A DNA stretch of 64,000 bases, taken from positions 30,058,388 through 30,122,387 of the forward strand of contig NC_092670.1 of assembly GCF_964355755.1 (NCBI RefSeq). The letters run 5' to 3'. Every line of letters begins with the position of its first letter. Position 1 is the stretch's first letter. Of this stretch, positions 11,750 through 24,304 are shown piece after piece. The position numbers and the translations under genes are program-made. This stretch comes from Antedon mediterranea. Lineage: Eukaryota > Animalia > Echinodermata. A model generated the notes under the pieces. The model did no database searches, was not told where the DNA came from, and saw only the letters and a program-made list of their open reading frames with translations.

Positions 11750-13560
11750 TTGTTTTTGTTGTTGAAAGAAGTTAATAGGGCATACTATTTTTTTTAATGA
11801 ATATTAATATAGAAAAGGGCTATATATGTATAAAAATAATAATGGTAAAATCTAGTATTAATTAATATTATAATAAATAAGATGAAAGCACTGTTCAGTT
11901 CATATCTTATTGATATTAGATAGTCTTGATCATCGAAGACTGCGAACGTATCGATTTGGTTAGTTTCATTATGATGTTTTCAAAATCAAAAAATGGAATT
12001 ATAGTTTTAATGAGTAATTAAAACAGTGCTGCTGTTTTGTATGTTTTTTTTATATATACCGAAATAAATAAATAATTCTCGTTTCAGTATCGCTAATAAG
12101 TACATTGTACTTTCACATTCGTTGTTGAATTTCTATTCATGTTAACTAATTATTAGGATTAATTATTATTAGGATAAGATACACTTAGAAATTAAAATTT
12201 GTAAGTGTATGTTATCCTAATAATTCCATATGCCTATTTGTATTTTCAAACGCAAGTTTTGTATATTACAATATACAGTGAAACATAAGTGAAATTACGG
12301 GACCCACATATTATGTTCTAATTATTGTTTGTGACGTCATAATGTTGACGTATTAATTTGAAAAAAGCGATTAAAAAAATATATAATTTTATTTAAATGG
12401 ACAACACATCACAACATCCGGTAGACACAATATTATTTGCAGGAAACACAATAATAGCGTAATAACTGTTGCTGTTGCTGTTGTTGTTGAGAGAAGTTAA
12501 TAGGGCATACTATTTTAAATTAATATTTATAGAAAAAAGCTATATATATACGTATAAAAATAACAATGGTAAAAACTAGTATTAATTACTATTTGTCATA
12601 AATAAGATAAAAGCATTGTTCAGTTCATATCTTGTTGATATCTCTACTCTACCTCACTCACTCACAATCTTTTCATCTTAACGTGTCTTCCTCTTCTGTG
12701 CTTGACATTAAAACTGCCCTTAAGATGTAATCTATAATGTATTACACTTATATTAATTATTATAATAATAATAACAATAATCATAATACCAATAATTTAA
12801 AAAAATAATAACTACAACAGTAGTAATTACTATATTGTTTATGTGTTTAAATTTTAAATGTAAATATGTATATGTTTGTATGATGTAGTATGTTTAAGCG
12901 GATATTAGCCATTGATGGCATTTGCAACAATAAAGAAATTGAATTGAATTGAATTGAATTGATATTAGATAAACTTGATCATCGAAGACTGCGAACGTAT
13001 CTATTTGGTTAGTTTCATTATGATGTTTTCAAAATCACAAAATGGAATTATAGTTTTAATGAGTAATTAAAACAGTGCTGCTGTTTTGTATGTTTTTTTT
13101 ATATATACCGAAATAAATAAATAATTCTCGTTTCAGTGTCGCTATTAAGTACATTGTACTTTCACATGCGGTGTTATTCTAAATTGGGAATTTCTATTCA
13201 TGTCACCACCACTTATTAGGATTAATTATTATTATTATTATTAGGATAACATACACTTACAAATTAAAATTTGTAAGTGTATGTTATCCTAATAATTCCA
13301 TATGCCTATTTGTATTTTCAAACGCAAGTTTTGTTTATTATACTGCATTATACAATATACAATGAAACATAAGTGAAATTACAGGACCCACATATTATTT
13401 TCTAATTGTTGTTTGTGACGTCAACAAAATGTTGACGTATTAATTTGACAAAAACGATTAAAAAGATCTATAATTTTATTCAAATGGCCAAGACAACATC
13501 ACAACATCCGGTAGACACAATATTTGCATGAAATAATAATAGTGTAATAACATGCTTACC
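11750..13560. repeat. Tandem duplication of a ~730-bp unit (2 copies; copy 2 carries an insertion)
   Basis: GAAGTTAATAGGGCATACTATTT at ~11768 and ~12492; GATCATCGAAGACTGCGAACG at ~11928 and ~12977; shared ends CACAACATCCGGTAGACACAATA. Confidence 0.9.
12642..12958 (+). mobile_element. 5'-truncated non-LTR 3'-UTR insertion with (GAATT)n tail
   Basis: Absent from duplicate copy 1; TSD TTGATAT at 12635-12641 and 12959-12965; AATAAA then (GAATT)n. Confidence 0.8.
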
Positions 13561-14380
13561 TAACCTCTTCGGGCCTCGTGGCCAATAATGCTGTAGTGTC
13601 AATTTTCCAGTTGGTTCTATCGGCGACGATTTGTTTTGCTTTGTTCTATGTCCTTCATCTTTCTGGTATTCATGTCATTCTTGCTAGCACTGACTATTGT
13701 TTGTCAGTCTCATGGCAATCCATTTTCATCTTTTGATTTTGGTCTCTTCGCTTATTCTTTTCATTTTGTTGTTTTTAAATGTATTAGATTTTCGTTAGGA
13801 TAATTATATATTCGAGTGTATAACATATTGCCATCTTATTTTAAGAAGCCGTCGTAGACATTTGAATAAACATGTATCAAGATTTTAGTTATCATGTTCA
13901 TTGATTTTCCAGGTCTGTAGGTGGTGTAGATTTAGGTGAATTATTTAAGTTTTTATTGAACAGCATGGAATACGATTGGATGGTGTGAATTTTATACGAA
14001 TTAATTATTGCTGGATGGCATGTATTATGTATTTTTGGTGGGTTTGGCTTTCCATAGAAGAGTGAAATTTTACTCTTTCCTGCTTTTCTGAATCCGGCTG
14101 ATTCATCTCCGAGTTTCCTGTTCATTTCCTTGTAAATTATATCTATGATGATCCTACCAAACACTTGACTCGGTACAGAATTCAATGCTATTCCTCTCAA
14201 ATTTCCTAGGAATCTTAATGATTAGGCCTTGTTTATATATTTTTCGAACTTCTTCCTTTTGTCATAGGATAATAAATTATTTTACAAGCCATGTTATTGT
14301 AACATATGTTTCATTTTTTATAAGTTCTGTTGTCATTTCATCTGTGCCACCTGATTTTCTGTCTTTTTATCACTTTTAAT
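13555..14380 (-). mobile_element. Degraded RTE-clade LINE 3' fragment
   Basis: RGIALNSVPSQVFGRII..ESAGFRK RT motifs; RTE-type 3' end DRTNWK..ALLATRPEEVR then GTAAG. Confidence 0.7.
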
Positions 14381-16000
14381 TCTGAAGAGCTTTAAGTCGT
14401 TACGATGTACAGTAGGTGAAATTACGCGACAAAAGTTAATCAAATTTGTAGACGTGATTGACGTCATCAAAACAATAATGTTGGTAACCTGTTGGAAAGA
14501 AGATTGTTTGAGCAACAACATAATAATATTTCAAACAAAATCGGGCACATAATAAGCTAAGATGCGCATGTATGGCCAGTTATATTTATTATGTGAAAGA
14601 TATTGGGATTTTTTTTTCTTTCTTTAGATAATCAGTACAAAAAATCTGTACAGAAAGAAATAAAGAAAGATGTATACTCTATAACATTATTACACTTAAT
14701 AACGTCATCTCAAAATTAGCTAAATGACTATCATGTACTGTATATACATTCTGATTCATTTAGTCATGTTTATGCTCAGTGCAGCCATACTGCGTTTGAT
14801 AACGGAGGCGAAACTGTTCTTGAATATTGTTATTGTTATTATGTGCCATGATTTTATATATTTCCATATGCATATTTGCTTTTTATCCCATATAGCCTAT
14901 CCGAATACTACTCTGTTTATTTATTTATGAATTTTTTTTAAAAACTTTTTCTACTTTTTTATTATCCTTTTTATCACATATTTATAATTATAATAATAAT
15001 AATTATGTATGTATAATAATGTTTGAAATGGGGGTCAGTTCTTTTTCTTATTTGACCTCAATCCACACACATGTTTCTTTTAATCTAATTTATAATTAAT
15101 CTATGTTTTATTAGAATGAACAATTGTATTATTTGATGTGTTTGGAAAATTTAATAAACAAACAACAAACAAACAATGGGAGACAGCAGTTCGAGTGCTA
15201 CGTTGGGAGAAGATGGAGAATGATGGTGTACTACAAAAGGCAATCTTTTGTGCGATTCAATTCCCATATCTAATCCTTATCGTTAAAATATGTCACGTCG
15301 TATGCCACATATTAGATCATTAATGGAATATTCAGCTCATGTCTGGTGCAATATTCCAGATAAAATAGGTGATGAATTGGAAAATATCCAGATTTCTGTA
15401 GCAGGGATATGTACTGGTGCGTGAAAACATACAAGTCATGATGCATTAAGACAAGAATTAGGTTCGACAATCACATAATCCCTTCGTACATCTATGGTAC
15501 ACCAAAGAGTGTTAAGCTAAAAGTAGCAGGAAAAATATTAATAAATAAAGAAATAAATGTCACCTCCATTCCGAGAAATAACGTTGGATCCTTCAGGGGT
15601 TTGATTTGTTATACTGGAAACATTTAAAAAATGCACAAATTGCTTGGAAGACGTTCATTCAAATGACAATGTCAAAATGCAATTCGACAGTATTAATAGT
15701 CACACTGGAAAATAACAACAAAGTAAAGTTTAGTCAGGCAACAGAAAACTAAACATCACTTGCTTTGTTAAAGCATCACAGCATAATATCGCATAAAGAT
15801 ACTCCAAACGACGGAACAGAATCTGGTTCATGTTCTTTAGCCCAAATATCTATCAATTGTTCTAATATAACAATTTCGGTTAAATCAACTTTTCTCTTAC
15901 CAGCAGGCCAAGCCCACTTAGTAAATATATCTTTCAATCTAACATACATTTCTATATACTGCACTACTTTGAGAAAAGTGCTTATCTTCATTTTATTAAA

Positions 16001-16794
16001 AACAAGGCCAACAGCCATTAAGTCGCGTGCTACAATGCATAGTGATACCGGACCGACAGACAGACCGACAGACAGACCGACAGACAGACCGACAGACGGA
16101 CAGACAGACCGACAGACAGACTGACCGACCAACCTACCAACTGACCGAAATTACTGAACATGTTTAAAAATGTTGAAATGTTTAAAAACATTTATATTTT
16201 TTAATTTACACGTGCGTAGCCTGTCACTTTTTAAGTGCTCGTATAACGTAATTTCGAGTTGAAAAGTAAGTCAAGAAAACAGAAATCGGGCAAAAAGAGT
16301 GCGCAATAACATTTAACGCGCAGTGCGCGCGCAAAAATCTGCGCACTAATGGCAATTTTGTAAACGCTTAAAATTGCCTGAAACGTACTCTTATTCATCG
16401 AAAATAAATTTTGAAAATTGTAAGCGCGCGTACGTAAGCGTTACATGCGCTACGCACGTAATTGTATTGCCATATGATGATTTATGCCCTAAAATTTATG
16501 AGTACCAAATTTTATTTAATTGTGATTCATGGTTGTGAAGATATGATTACAAACGTGATTTCGTTAAATCGTGCGTAGACCGCGTAATTTTTTATTGCGC
16601 AACGTGAAAACATAACCACATCGATTCCTGGCCATAAGGAATATACTGTGAAAAATTGACTTAGCTAGATTAAACTGATATCAAGATAAGGTCAGAAAGC
16701 GATAAAACGCATAGTGATACCGGACCGACAGACAGACCGACAGACCGACAGACAGACCGACAGACAGACCGACCGACCGACATAGTGAACTATA
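16001..16794 (+). mobile_element. HINE/CvA-like element with (GACA/GACC)n microsatellites, 3' end truncated
   Basis: Starts AACAAGGCC..AGTCGCGTGC; two GACAGACC tracts; near-identical to 28872-29425; stops at CATAGTGAACTATA. Confidence 0.75.
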
Positions 16795-16918
16795 TACAAA
16801 TTGCTTGTCTTACTTGACTCTTGAGGGTATACTCTATCACTTGAATTGACCATTTATTCAAAAATATTTCTATAAATATGAAATGGATTGTAATAATTGG
16901 GGCTTATCTACAAACATA

Positions 16919-16923
<5 letters not shown>

Positions 16924-16986
<63 letters not shown>
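16924..16986. repeat. (TA)n microsatellite
   Basis: About 31 TA units. Confidence 0.98.
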
Positions 16987-16988
<2 letters not shown>

Positions 16989-18181
16989 TTCTAAACATTC
17001 GGCCCCTAAAGGACTTCAATTTTATGTCACATCTGGTATTCGATTTGCAGATGATGGCATGCGTTCTCGTTGAAACGCTGTCCTTCACAAAAATGCTTGT
17101 GAACTAAATGAGATCAAAATTGGCAATTGCCGCAAAATCCTCACTGAGTTTGACGTTGAAATTCACTCTAGAACTAAGAAGTTGAAAAGAGAACGTCCTG
17201 CATCCGAGTTTCAGAACAAACTCAGGATTATCGCCAATGATTGCCGTAAGCAATCAACGGTAATGGGCCGAAGGGGACATCACAAATGTGGTCTACCAGC
17301 AGACCTGGTCATTTCAACACAAGTTGGATGATTTCAGAGATTTTAAGAAACCCTGCAGAAGGTTCGTACGGACTTATACCATAAATCGGAGCAACACCTC
17401 TGATTCAGTTGTTGAAATTAATTGTCGACTTTCCGAAGGAGAGAAAAAACTTCGGCGCACAATAACTATCTTTGGATATGGAGTCTTTCTCCAGAAGATT
17501 ACGATTACGTGAACATTTTGCTGATTCAGACAGCAGCACCACGCAAAACGAAGGCAACGCTAACAAATTTAAACCAAACAGTTCCTGGAATCCGCCTAAA
17601 AATCATTGTCCAGCTTTAGAAACATTTATTCAGGCTATTGAGGAGGATGTACAAAACTACGTCCCGAGTCCAGATAAACGTGACAATCTCTCAAAACAAA
17701 AGAGGCAGGCCATTGCCAAATTGCGTCAGCGTAATGATATCATCATTAAAACCGCTGACAAAGGTTCTGCCACTGTTGCTATGGACATCAACTTTATGAA
17801 GAGGAGTCCTTAGGACAGCTAAACAATCTTCTTCATTATCGTAAACTTACAACGGATCCCACCCCGAAAATTGCGGATAAGGTGGCCAAATCTGTTTCTG
17901 TGATGGTAAAAAAAACACTCCATCGATCCTAAAATTGGACATCATTTGGCACAGGTCAATCCAGTTCCAGGCAGATTTTATTTCCTACCTAAAATCCACA
18001 AAGCAGGCAATCCTGGTAGACCCATTATTTCGGGCAATGGCACTGCTATAGAGAAAATTTCTGAATATGTGGATGATTTACTTAGACCATATGTGACTGA
18101 TCTCCCTTCATACATTCAGGACTCCACGGACTTTTTCCGCAAAATTAACCAAATTCAAAATTTACCTAATAATTCTGTTCT
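16987..18181 (+). mobile_element. Penelope-like element (Neptune-type) N-terminal/RT start, frameshifted and 3'-truncated
   Basis: PKGLQ; RRLRLREHF; FKPNSSWNPP; NLSKQKRQAIAKLRQRNDIIIKTADKG; PGRFYFLPKIHKAGNPGRPIISG; EKISEYVD..LPSYIQDSTDF; begins directly after (TA)n. Confidence 0.9.
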
Positions 18182-18622
18182 GGACTAGTGCTGTTCCACC
18201 GTACCACGACGAGAATGTTAAAGAGTCGTTATTCAATCGAGTTTGAACAATACCACGAAAGCCCCAGTGGTCTAATGGTTAGGAAAACTGCATATCAAGC
18301 AGACGGTCCGAGTTCGAGTCTCAGTTGGGGCGACTTTTTCTCATTCTCACAGATTTCCTCATCTTTATCGTTTCAAATTAATTAATTAAAAAAAATTGCA
18401 GTGTATCACAGGCCGGTTTGAAATTAATGTTCTTTGCCTGTTGTGTTTATATATATAAAAGTATCTCTTCGGAGATCCCGCTTCGTGAATGAAAATACTG
18501 AATAGAGGAGGGTGTATCAATTTGATCTCTGGTGCGCGTGCGTACAATTGAGGACTAGTGCTGTTCCGCCGTACCACGACGAGAATGTTAAAGAGTCGCT
18601 ATCCAATCGAGTTTGAACAATA
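18182..18622 (+). repeat. tRNA-cassette tandem unit family B, 370-bp period (~1.2 units)
   Basis: GGACTAGTGCTGTTCC recurs at 18182 and 18552; internal TATATATA at ~18447-18457. Confidence 0.85.
18261..18332 (+). tRNA. tRNA-like gene/pseudogene, Glu-like D-arm, anticodon loop ATATCAA (ATC)
   Basis: Acceptor GCCCCAG/TTGGGGC, A box TGGTCTAATGG, anticodon stem CTGC/GCAG, T arm CCGAG-TTCGAGT-CTCAG, T5 terminator at 18335. Confidence 0.6.
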
Positions 18623-18857
18623 TATGATCATGTTCCGAATATGAGCACTGTTTCTATAATTTACAGTATGATTTATATATAATTTACACAGAGCTACGCA
18701 ACATCATTGATTTACATATACACAATATTATTTAAAAAACCGTTGCGAATTAAAGTTGGAATTTATTCTGACTTGTTAAGCCTCCACTGATTGTGAGGGC
18801 GTTTGTTGTATGAGAGAATGTATCTGGTGGGTGAAAATCTGTGATAATACCATACAT

Positions 18858-18929
18858 GGCTCTGTGGTCTAGTGGTATGATACTCGCCCTGTAAGCGAGA
18901 GGTTGCAGGTTCGAATCCCGCCAGAGACA
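18858..18929 (+). tRNA. tRNA-like gene copy A1 (Pro-like body, loop CCTGTAA, anticodon TGT)
   Basis: GGCTCTG/CAGAGAC acceptor (1 mismatch), TGGTCTAGTGGTATGAT D arm, CTCGC/GCGAG anticodon stem, GGTTCGAATCC B box, T6 terminator. Confidence 0.65.
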
Positions 18930-19224
18930 TTTTTTCATACAACTAAAAAATACAGAACTTTCGCCAATGAGCTATGCTCGACGCGATTATGAGATCATTT
19001 TCCGAATATGAGCACTGTTTCTATAATTTACAGTATGATTTATATATAATTTACACAGTGCTACGCAACATCATTGATTTACATATACACAATATTATTT
19101 AAATAACCGTTGCGAATTAAAGTTGGAATTTATTCTGACTTGTTAAGCCTCCACTGATTGTGAGGGCGTTTGTTGTATGAGAGAATGTATCTGGTGGGTG
19201 AAAATCTGTGATAATACCATACAT

Positions 19225-19296
19225 GGCTCTGTGGTCTAGTGATATGATACTCGCCCTGTAAGCGAGAGGTTGCAGGTTCGAATCCCGCCAGAGACA
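19225..19296 (+). tRNA. tRNA-like gene copy A2 (D-loop GG changed to GA)
   Basis: As A1, but the A box reads TGGTCTAGTGAT. Confidence 0.55.
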
Positions 19297-19591
19297 TTTT
19301 TTCATACAACTAAAAAATACGGAACTTTCGCCAATGAGCTATGCTCGACGCGATTATGAGATCATGTTCCGAATATGAGCACTGTTTCTATAATTTACAG
19401 TATGATTTATATATAATTTACACAGTGCTACGCAACATGATTGATTTACATATACACAATATTATTTAAAAAACCGTTGCGAATTAAAGTTGGAATTTAT
19501 TCTGACTTGTTAAGCCTCCACTGATTGTGAGGGCGTTTGTTGTATGAGAGAATGTATCTGGTGGGTGAAAATCTGTGATAATACCATACAT

Positions 19592-19663
19592 GGCTCTGTG
19601 GTCTAGTGGTATGATACTCGCCCTGTAAGCGAGAGGTTGCAGGTTCGAATCCCGCCAGAGACA
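19592..19663 (+). tRNA. tRNA-like gene copy A3
   Basis: Identical to A1. Confidence 0.65.
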
Positions 19664-19771
19664 TTTTTTCATACAACTAAAAAATACGGAACTTTCGCCA
19701 ATGAGCTATGCTCGACGCGATTATGAGATCATGTTCCGAATATGAGCACTGTTTCTATAATTTACAGTATG

Positions 19772-19775
<4 letters not shown>

Positions 19776-19811
<36 letters not shown>
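19776..19811. repeat. (TA)n microsatellite
   Basis: About 17 TA units. Confidence 0.95.
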
Positions 19812-19815
<4 letters not shown>

Positions 19816-19885
19816 ACCCAGGCAGCACTTGCCAGCTCTTATCCTTTGACATTATCCAAATTCCTTCACTTGCACCGATGAAGGG

Positions 19886-20018
19886 TGTGATGGGTTTGTC
19901 ACACGGAAGTGAGCCCTCTAGAGTAAAAGAGAGGAGAGGAATAAAGATGGACGACAACTACAACGTGTTTTGTTATGTTCTTATTGTTGGTTTCAGCCTA
20001 TCGAGCGAGCCCGTAACA
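19886..20018 (+). repeat. 5' LTR
   Basis: TGTGATGGG...CCCGTAACA; contains AATAAA. Confidence 0.95.
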
Positions 20019-20369
20019 CATTGCGGGGTCATCCGGGAACAAAGTACGGAATTGTAGTTGTAGATGGAACTGATGGTAATTTTAGTTGTTTATTCTAAGC
20101 TGGTTTTAGGTTTATAGGCGTTTTATAACGAACGAGGTTTGGCGGTCGTCGAACCAGTACACTATGTTGTTGTTTTAGGCTTGTGTAGGCTTGCCTGTGA
20201 TACTAGAAGTCGGGTTGGCTTTGATTTTAGGGGTCTAGTTATTGAGACCACGGCGCACGGTAGGTTTAATACTGTGTGGGCTTGGCAGGTAATTTATTAC
20301 TGGTGCCTTAATTATCGTCATATTGGTTATTATTTTAACCTGTGTTTTTGTTTGTTTCAAATAGAAACT

Positions 20370-21367
20370 ATGTCAGAAAGTGATTTTGACGAGGAATTTT
20401 TGGATAGCATGTCCATTGAGGTGGTAGCTCAGCTATCAGAGGAGCGTCTGCGACTCCTAGGTACTAGGGTTGGAGCATCTATAAATGATTCCATGAATAA
20501 ATATGACTTAATAAATGTGATTGGAAGTCATGTTGGTTTAATTACTCATGAATCCGTAAAAACTGCGGGGAATGAGGTCGAGTTGTCTAGAATTGAGTTG
20601 GAACGTGAAAAATATAATTTTTGAAAGAAGAAAAATAGAGATTCTAGAGATGCAAACTCAAAGAGAAATGGAAAAAGGAAATCATGAATTGAGTTAAGGA
20701 AATTAGAATTAGCTAAACCAAATGGGTCACACCACACGTGTTTCTACACCTAATGATTCAGAGATTACTCAGAATATTAAATGGGTTCCCAAGTTTAATG
20801 AGGACGAGGTAGAGACATATTTTTTAGCTTTTGAGAAAATTGCTAATAAGGTGGCCTGCTAGACACTGGACTGTGTTGTTACAAACTGCTCTTGTGGGTA
20901 AAGCCCAAGAGGTATTTTCTGCTTTGGCTGATGATCAATGTGAAAGCTATGATGCGGTTAAAACTGCTGTTTTGTCAGCTTATGAGTTAGTTCCAGAGGC
21001 GTATCGTCAGACATTTCGGAACTTAGGTAAACCTTATGATCAAACGTTTACAGAATTTGCACGTAAGAAGCAGATTCTTTTTGATAGATGGTGTAGTTCG
21101 GAAGGAGTAAAGAGTGAATTTGGAAAGCTTCGTGAGCTTATGTTAGTTGAGGAGTTTAAATCTTGTTCCCCTACTGAAGTTCGTACACATCTAGAGGAGC
21201 AGAAAGTGGATAATTTAATGAAAGCGGCTTCTGTTGCCGATAACTATGTGCTCACGCACAAGGTGGTAAATATCAAATCGGTTTCCAAATCTGTTGATGA
21301 TTCTAAGGTCCAAAGTCAGAAAACTACAGTTAATAGTAGTAGTAAATTTGTAAGAACTTGTGGATAA
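20370..21367 (+). pseudogene. gag: gag-like (coiled-coil + SCAN-like capsid), frameshifted
   Basis: MSESDFD..ELSRIELERE; VPKFNEDEVETYF; WTVLLQTALVGKAQEVFSAL..YELVPEAYRQTFR..EEFKSC. Confidence 0.75.
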
Positions 21368-21534
21368 TAAGAAACCCCAATCACTTCCAAACACGTTAGT
21401 AAATACAGTCCCGTTGAAAGTGACAGAGATTCACGTTGATGAAAGTGAGAAGTTGATCCAATCTTCAGGTCCGGAAAAAGTGCGAAAGCTATTTAAGCCT
21501 TTCCTCTCTACTGGTTCTGTAGCATTGATCTGAG

Positions 21535-24304
21535 TAAAGTTCGTGTCTTAAGAGACACAGGGGCGTCACAATCCCTGATAATAGGATCGGCATTGTCATT
21601 TTCAAACGAGTCTTCTGCTGGAGCAAGTGTGCTTATTCAAGTGTTGAAGGGGGTTATAAAGAAGTCCCACTTCATGTAATTCGGATTGAAACAGATATTG
21701 TTAGCGGAGATTTGTTGTCGGTGTCGTTCCGAGTCTTCCAGTATGGGGTGTCACACTCCTTTTGGGGAATGATTTGGCCGGAGACAGAGTGACAGTAGAA
21801 CCGGTTGTGTGCAAGAGTTCTGTTGAAGACGAAAGCACGGTGTGTTTAGAGAAAGAATTATCACATGTGTTTCCATCATGTGCGGGGACGCGATCTATTG
21901 CAAATAAAACCATAGATGAGGATGAGAGTATTGACTTATGTGATAGTTTTTACGGAGACATTACGGATCGCGTTTCCCAAGAGGCTGTCTGCTCAGGTCC
22001 CGAGTCACACACTGCCCAGGCTGAACAACAGCACCCAAAAGTGTGTGATTTCGGTCCGACAGTTTTCAATCGGTCTAGGTTAGTGGAAGAGCAGAGTAAA
22101 GATCCTGATTTGGTGTCATTTGGTCAGCAAGCTCTTTCTGTAGAGGAAATGTCTATTGTTCCTGTTTGTTATTATATAAAGGATGGTATACTTATGCGTA
22201 AGTGGAGGACACCAGATATTCCAAGTAGTGATGTTTGGAAAGAGATTCACCAGATAGGTATTCCTAGTGGATACCTTCAGGATATTATTGGTATTGCGCA
22301 TGATTATCCTCTTTCAAGTAATTTAGGTGTCAATAAAACGGTAGAAAAAATTATCAGGCATTTCTTTTGGCCAGGTCTTAGAAAAGATGTGTCTAATTAT
22401 TGTAAATCCTGTCATGCGTGTCAGGTAGTGGGGAAGCCTAATCAAAAGGTTCCAGTAGCCCCACTTAAGTCTATTCCTGCATTCGGTGAACCATTTTCAA
22501 GGGTTATTGTTGATTGTGTGGGACCATTACCACGTACTAAAAATGGAAATGAGTATCTATTAAAAATAATGTGTGCATCAAGTAGGTTTCCAGAAGCGAT
22601 TCCTCTTAGACGTATTACAGCTAAGAATGTTGTTAAAGCATTAGTTAAATTCTTTACATGGGTAGGATTGCCTAAAGCTGTTCAGTCCGATCAAGGATCA
22701 AACTTCATGTCAAAGATATTTAAACAAGTCTTAGAGCAGTTAGGTGTTGCCCATATAAGTTCAAGTGCTTACCATCCACAGTCTCAAGGGACACTTGAGA
22801 GATTTCATCAAACACTTAAGAATATGATTAAAACCTATTGTTTTCAATGTGAAAAGGAATGGGATGAGGGAGTTCCCTTATTGTTATTTGCTGTTCGTGA
22901 AACAGTGCAAGAGTCCTTAGGGTTTAGCCCATTTGAGTTGGTGTATGGTCATTCGGTCCAAGGCCCTCTTAAAATAGTCAAAGAAAGGCTGTTAGGGAAT
23001 GCAGAAGAGTCTGTATCGATACTAGATTATGTGTCTGAATTTCGTGATCGATTAAATCGTGCTCGTGAGATGGCTAGAAAGAATCTTGTGAAGGCTCAGG
23101 GTAAAATGAAGAGATTGTTTGATAGGAAATCAGAAAAGAGAAGCTTTAATTCAGGTGATGAAGTGTTAGTTATGTTGCCTCTTCCCAGTCAACCATTATC
23201 TGCAAGATTTGCTGGTCCTTACAAAGTATTAGAAAGAGTAGGAGAAGTTGACTATGTGTTAGATACTCCAGATAGGCGTAACAAGAAGCGACTGTGTCAT
23301 ATAAACATGTTGAAACCATACACAGAGAGAAATAATAGTGACACCTGCACGTCAACACCAGTTACGTTTGTTGTTGAAGAGAATTCTGAAGAGTTTAGGG
23401 ATCCTGATACATGTGTTAAGTTCAGTAATAATTCAGATGTCCTTGCAAACATTGAAGAGAAAGTTGGTCATTTATCTCGTGATCGTAAGGTTAAAATGGT
23501 TAGTTTGATATTTGGAAATCTGCAGTTGTTTTCGGATGTTCCAGGTCGAACGAACTTAGTGGAGCATGACGTTAAGACAGCTGATTGTTCACCAATAAAA
23601 CAAAATCCATATAGAGCAAATCCGTTCAAGATGAAGATATTACAAAATGAGATTGATTACATGATTAAGAATGATATCATCGAGCCTAGTTGCAGTGCTT
23701 GGAGTTCTCCATGTATATTAGTTCCGAAGCCAGATAAATCGTATCGTTTTTGTACTAATTATCGGAAGGTTAATGCCAAATCTACTACAGATTCATATCC
23801 CATACCGAGGATAGATGACTGAAAAAGAATGCGAGTTTTGTGTGGTTGGAGGAATGCAATAATGCGTTCATTAAAGTTAAAGCGATGTTATCAAACGAAC
23901 CGGTGTTGATGGCTCCATAATTTGATAAACAGTTCTCGTTAATGATTGATGCCAGTGATGTTGGTTCTGGTGCTGTGTTGGCGCAAACAGACGAGAATGG
24001 TGTTGACAAGCCTGTGTGTTTCTACTCGAGAAAATTCAACCAGCATGAGAAGCGTTATTCTACTGTTGAGAAGGAGACATTAGCTTTGATGTCAGTGTTA
24101 AAGCACTTTGAAGTGTATCTTGGATCTACTCCGTTTCCAATGGTAGTTTGGACTGACCACAACCCATTAACGTTCTTGGCAAGAATAAAGGACAAGAATC
24201 AACGCCTGTTGAGATGGAGTTTAGCAGTTCAAGAAATGAATCTGGAAATTCATTATATCAGAGGAAAAGACAATGTTGTAGCTGACGCTTTGTCAAGAGT
24301 TTAG
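21535..24304 (+). pseudogene. pol: pol: protease, integrase, truncated RT, RNase H
   Basis: LRDTGASQSL protease (~21545); integrase C..C, VDCVGPL, SDQGSNF, YHPQSQGTLERFH, GPY; RT start WSSPCILVPK..YPIPRIDD then deletion of the RT core at ~23820; RNase H DASDVG..EKETLA..TDHNPL..ADALSR. Confidence 0.9.

Larger units (their letters stand above)
18623..19780 (+). repeat. tRNA-cassette tandem array family A, 367-bp unit, ~3.2 near-identical copies
   Basis: Identical minus-strand ORFs at 18750, 19117 and 19484 (period 367); each unit contains a TTATATATA junction; the array runs into (TA)n. Confidence 0.95.

Noticed and set aside
14724-14930. Hydrophobic ORF as signal-peptide exon of the lectin receptor
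   Set aside because: No convincing phase-1 donor; hydrophobicity is expected from T-rich sequence
15765-16132. 119/118-aa ORFs with TDRP/SVGL repeats
   Set aside because: Artefact of the (GACA/GACC)n microsatellite in the HINE
16870-17107. ORFs with (IY)n
   Set aside because: Translation of the (TA)n microsatellite
18623-18990. Hammerhead ribozyme inside unit A or B
   Set aside because: No CTGANGA..GAAA core with stems found by eye on either strand; CCAATGAGCTATGCTCGACGCG is only vaguely similar
18623-19780. CRISPR-like array or coding repeat (three 62-aa minus-strand ORFs)
   Set aside because: Whole 367-bp units are near-identical with no unique spacers, the context is eukaryotic, and the ORFs are antisense read-outs of the tRNA-like cassette
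18858-20040. Pro-like array RNAs acting as primer for the adjacent Gypsy (tRNA-Pro-type PBS)
   Set aside because: The cassette 3' end (ATCCCGCCAGAGACA) is not complementary to the PBS beyond CGGGA; adjacency looks coincidental
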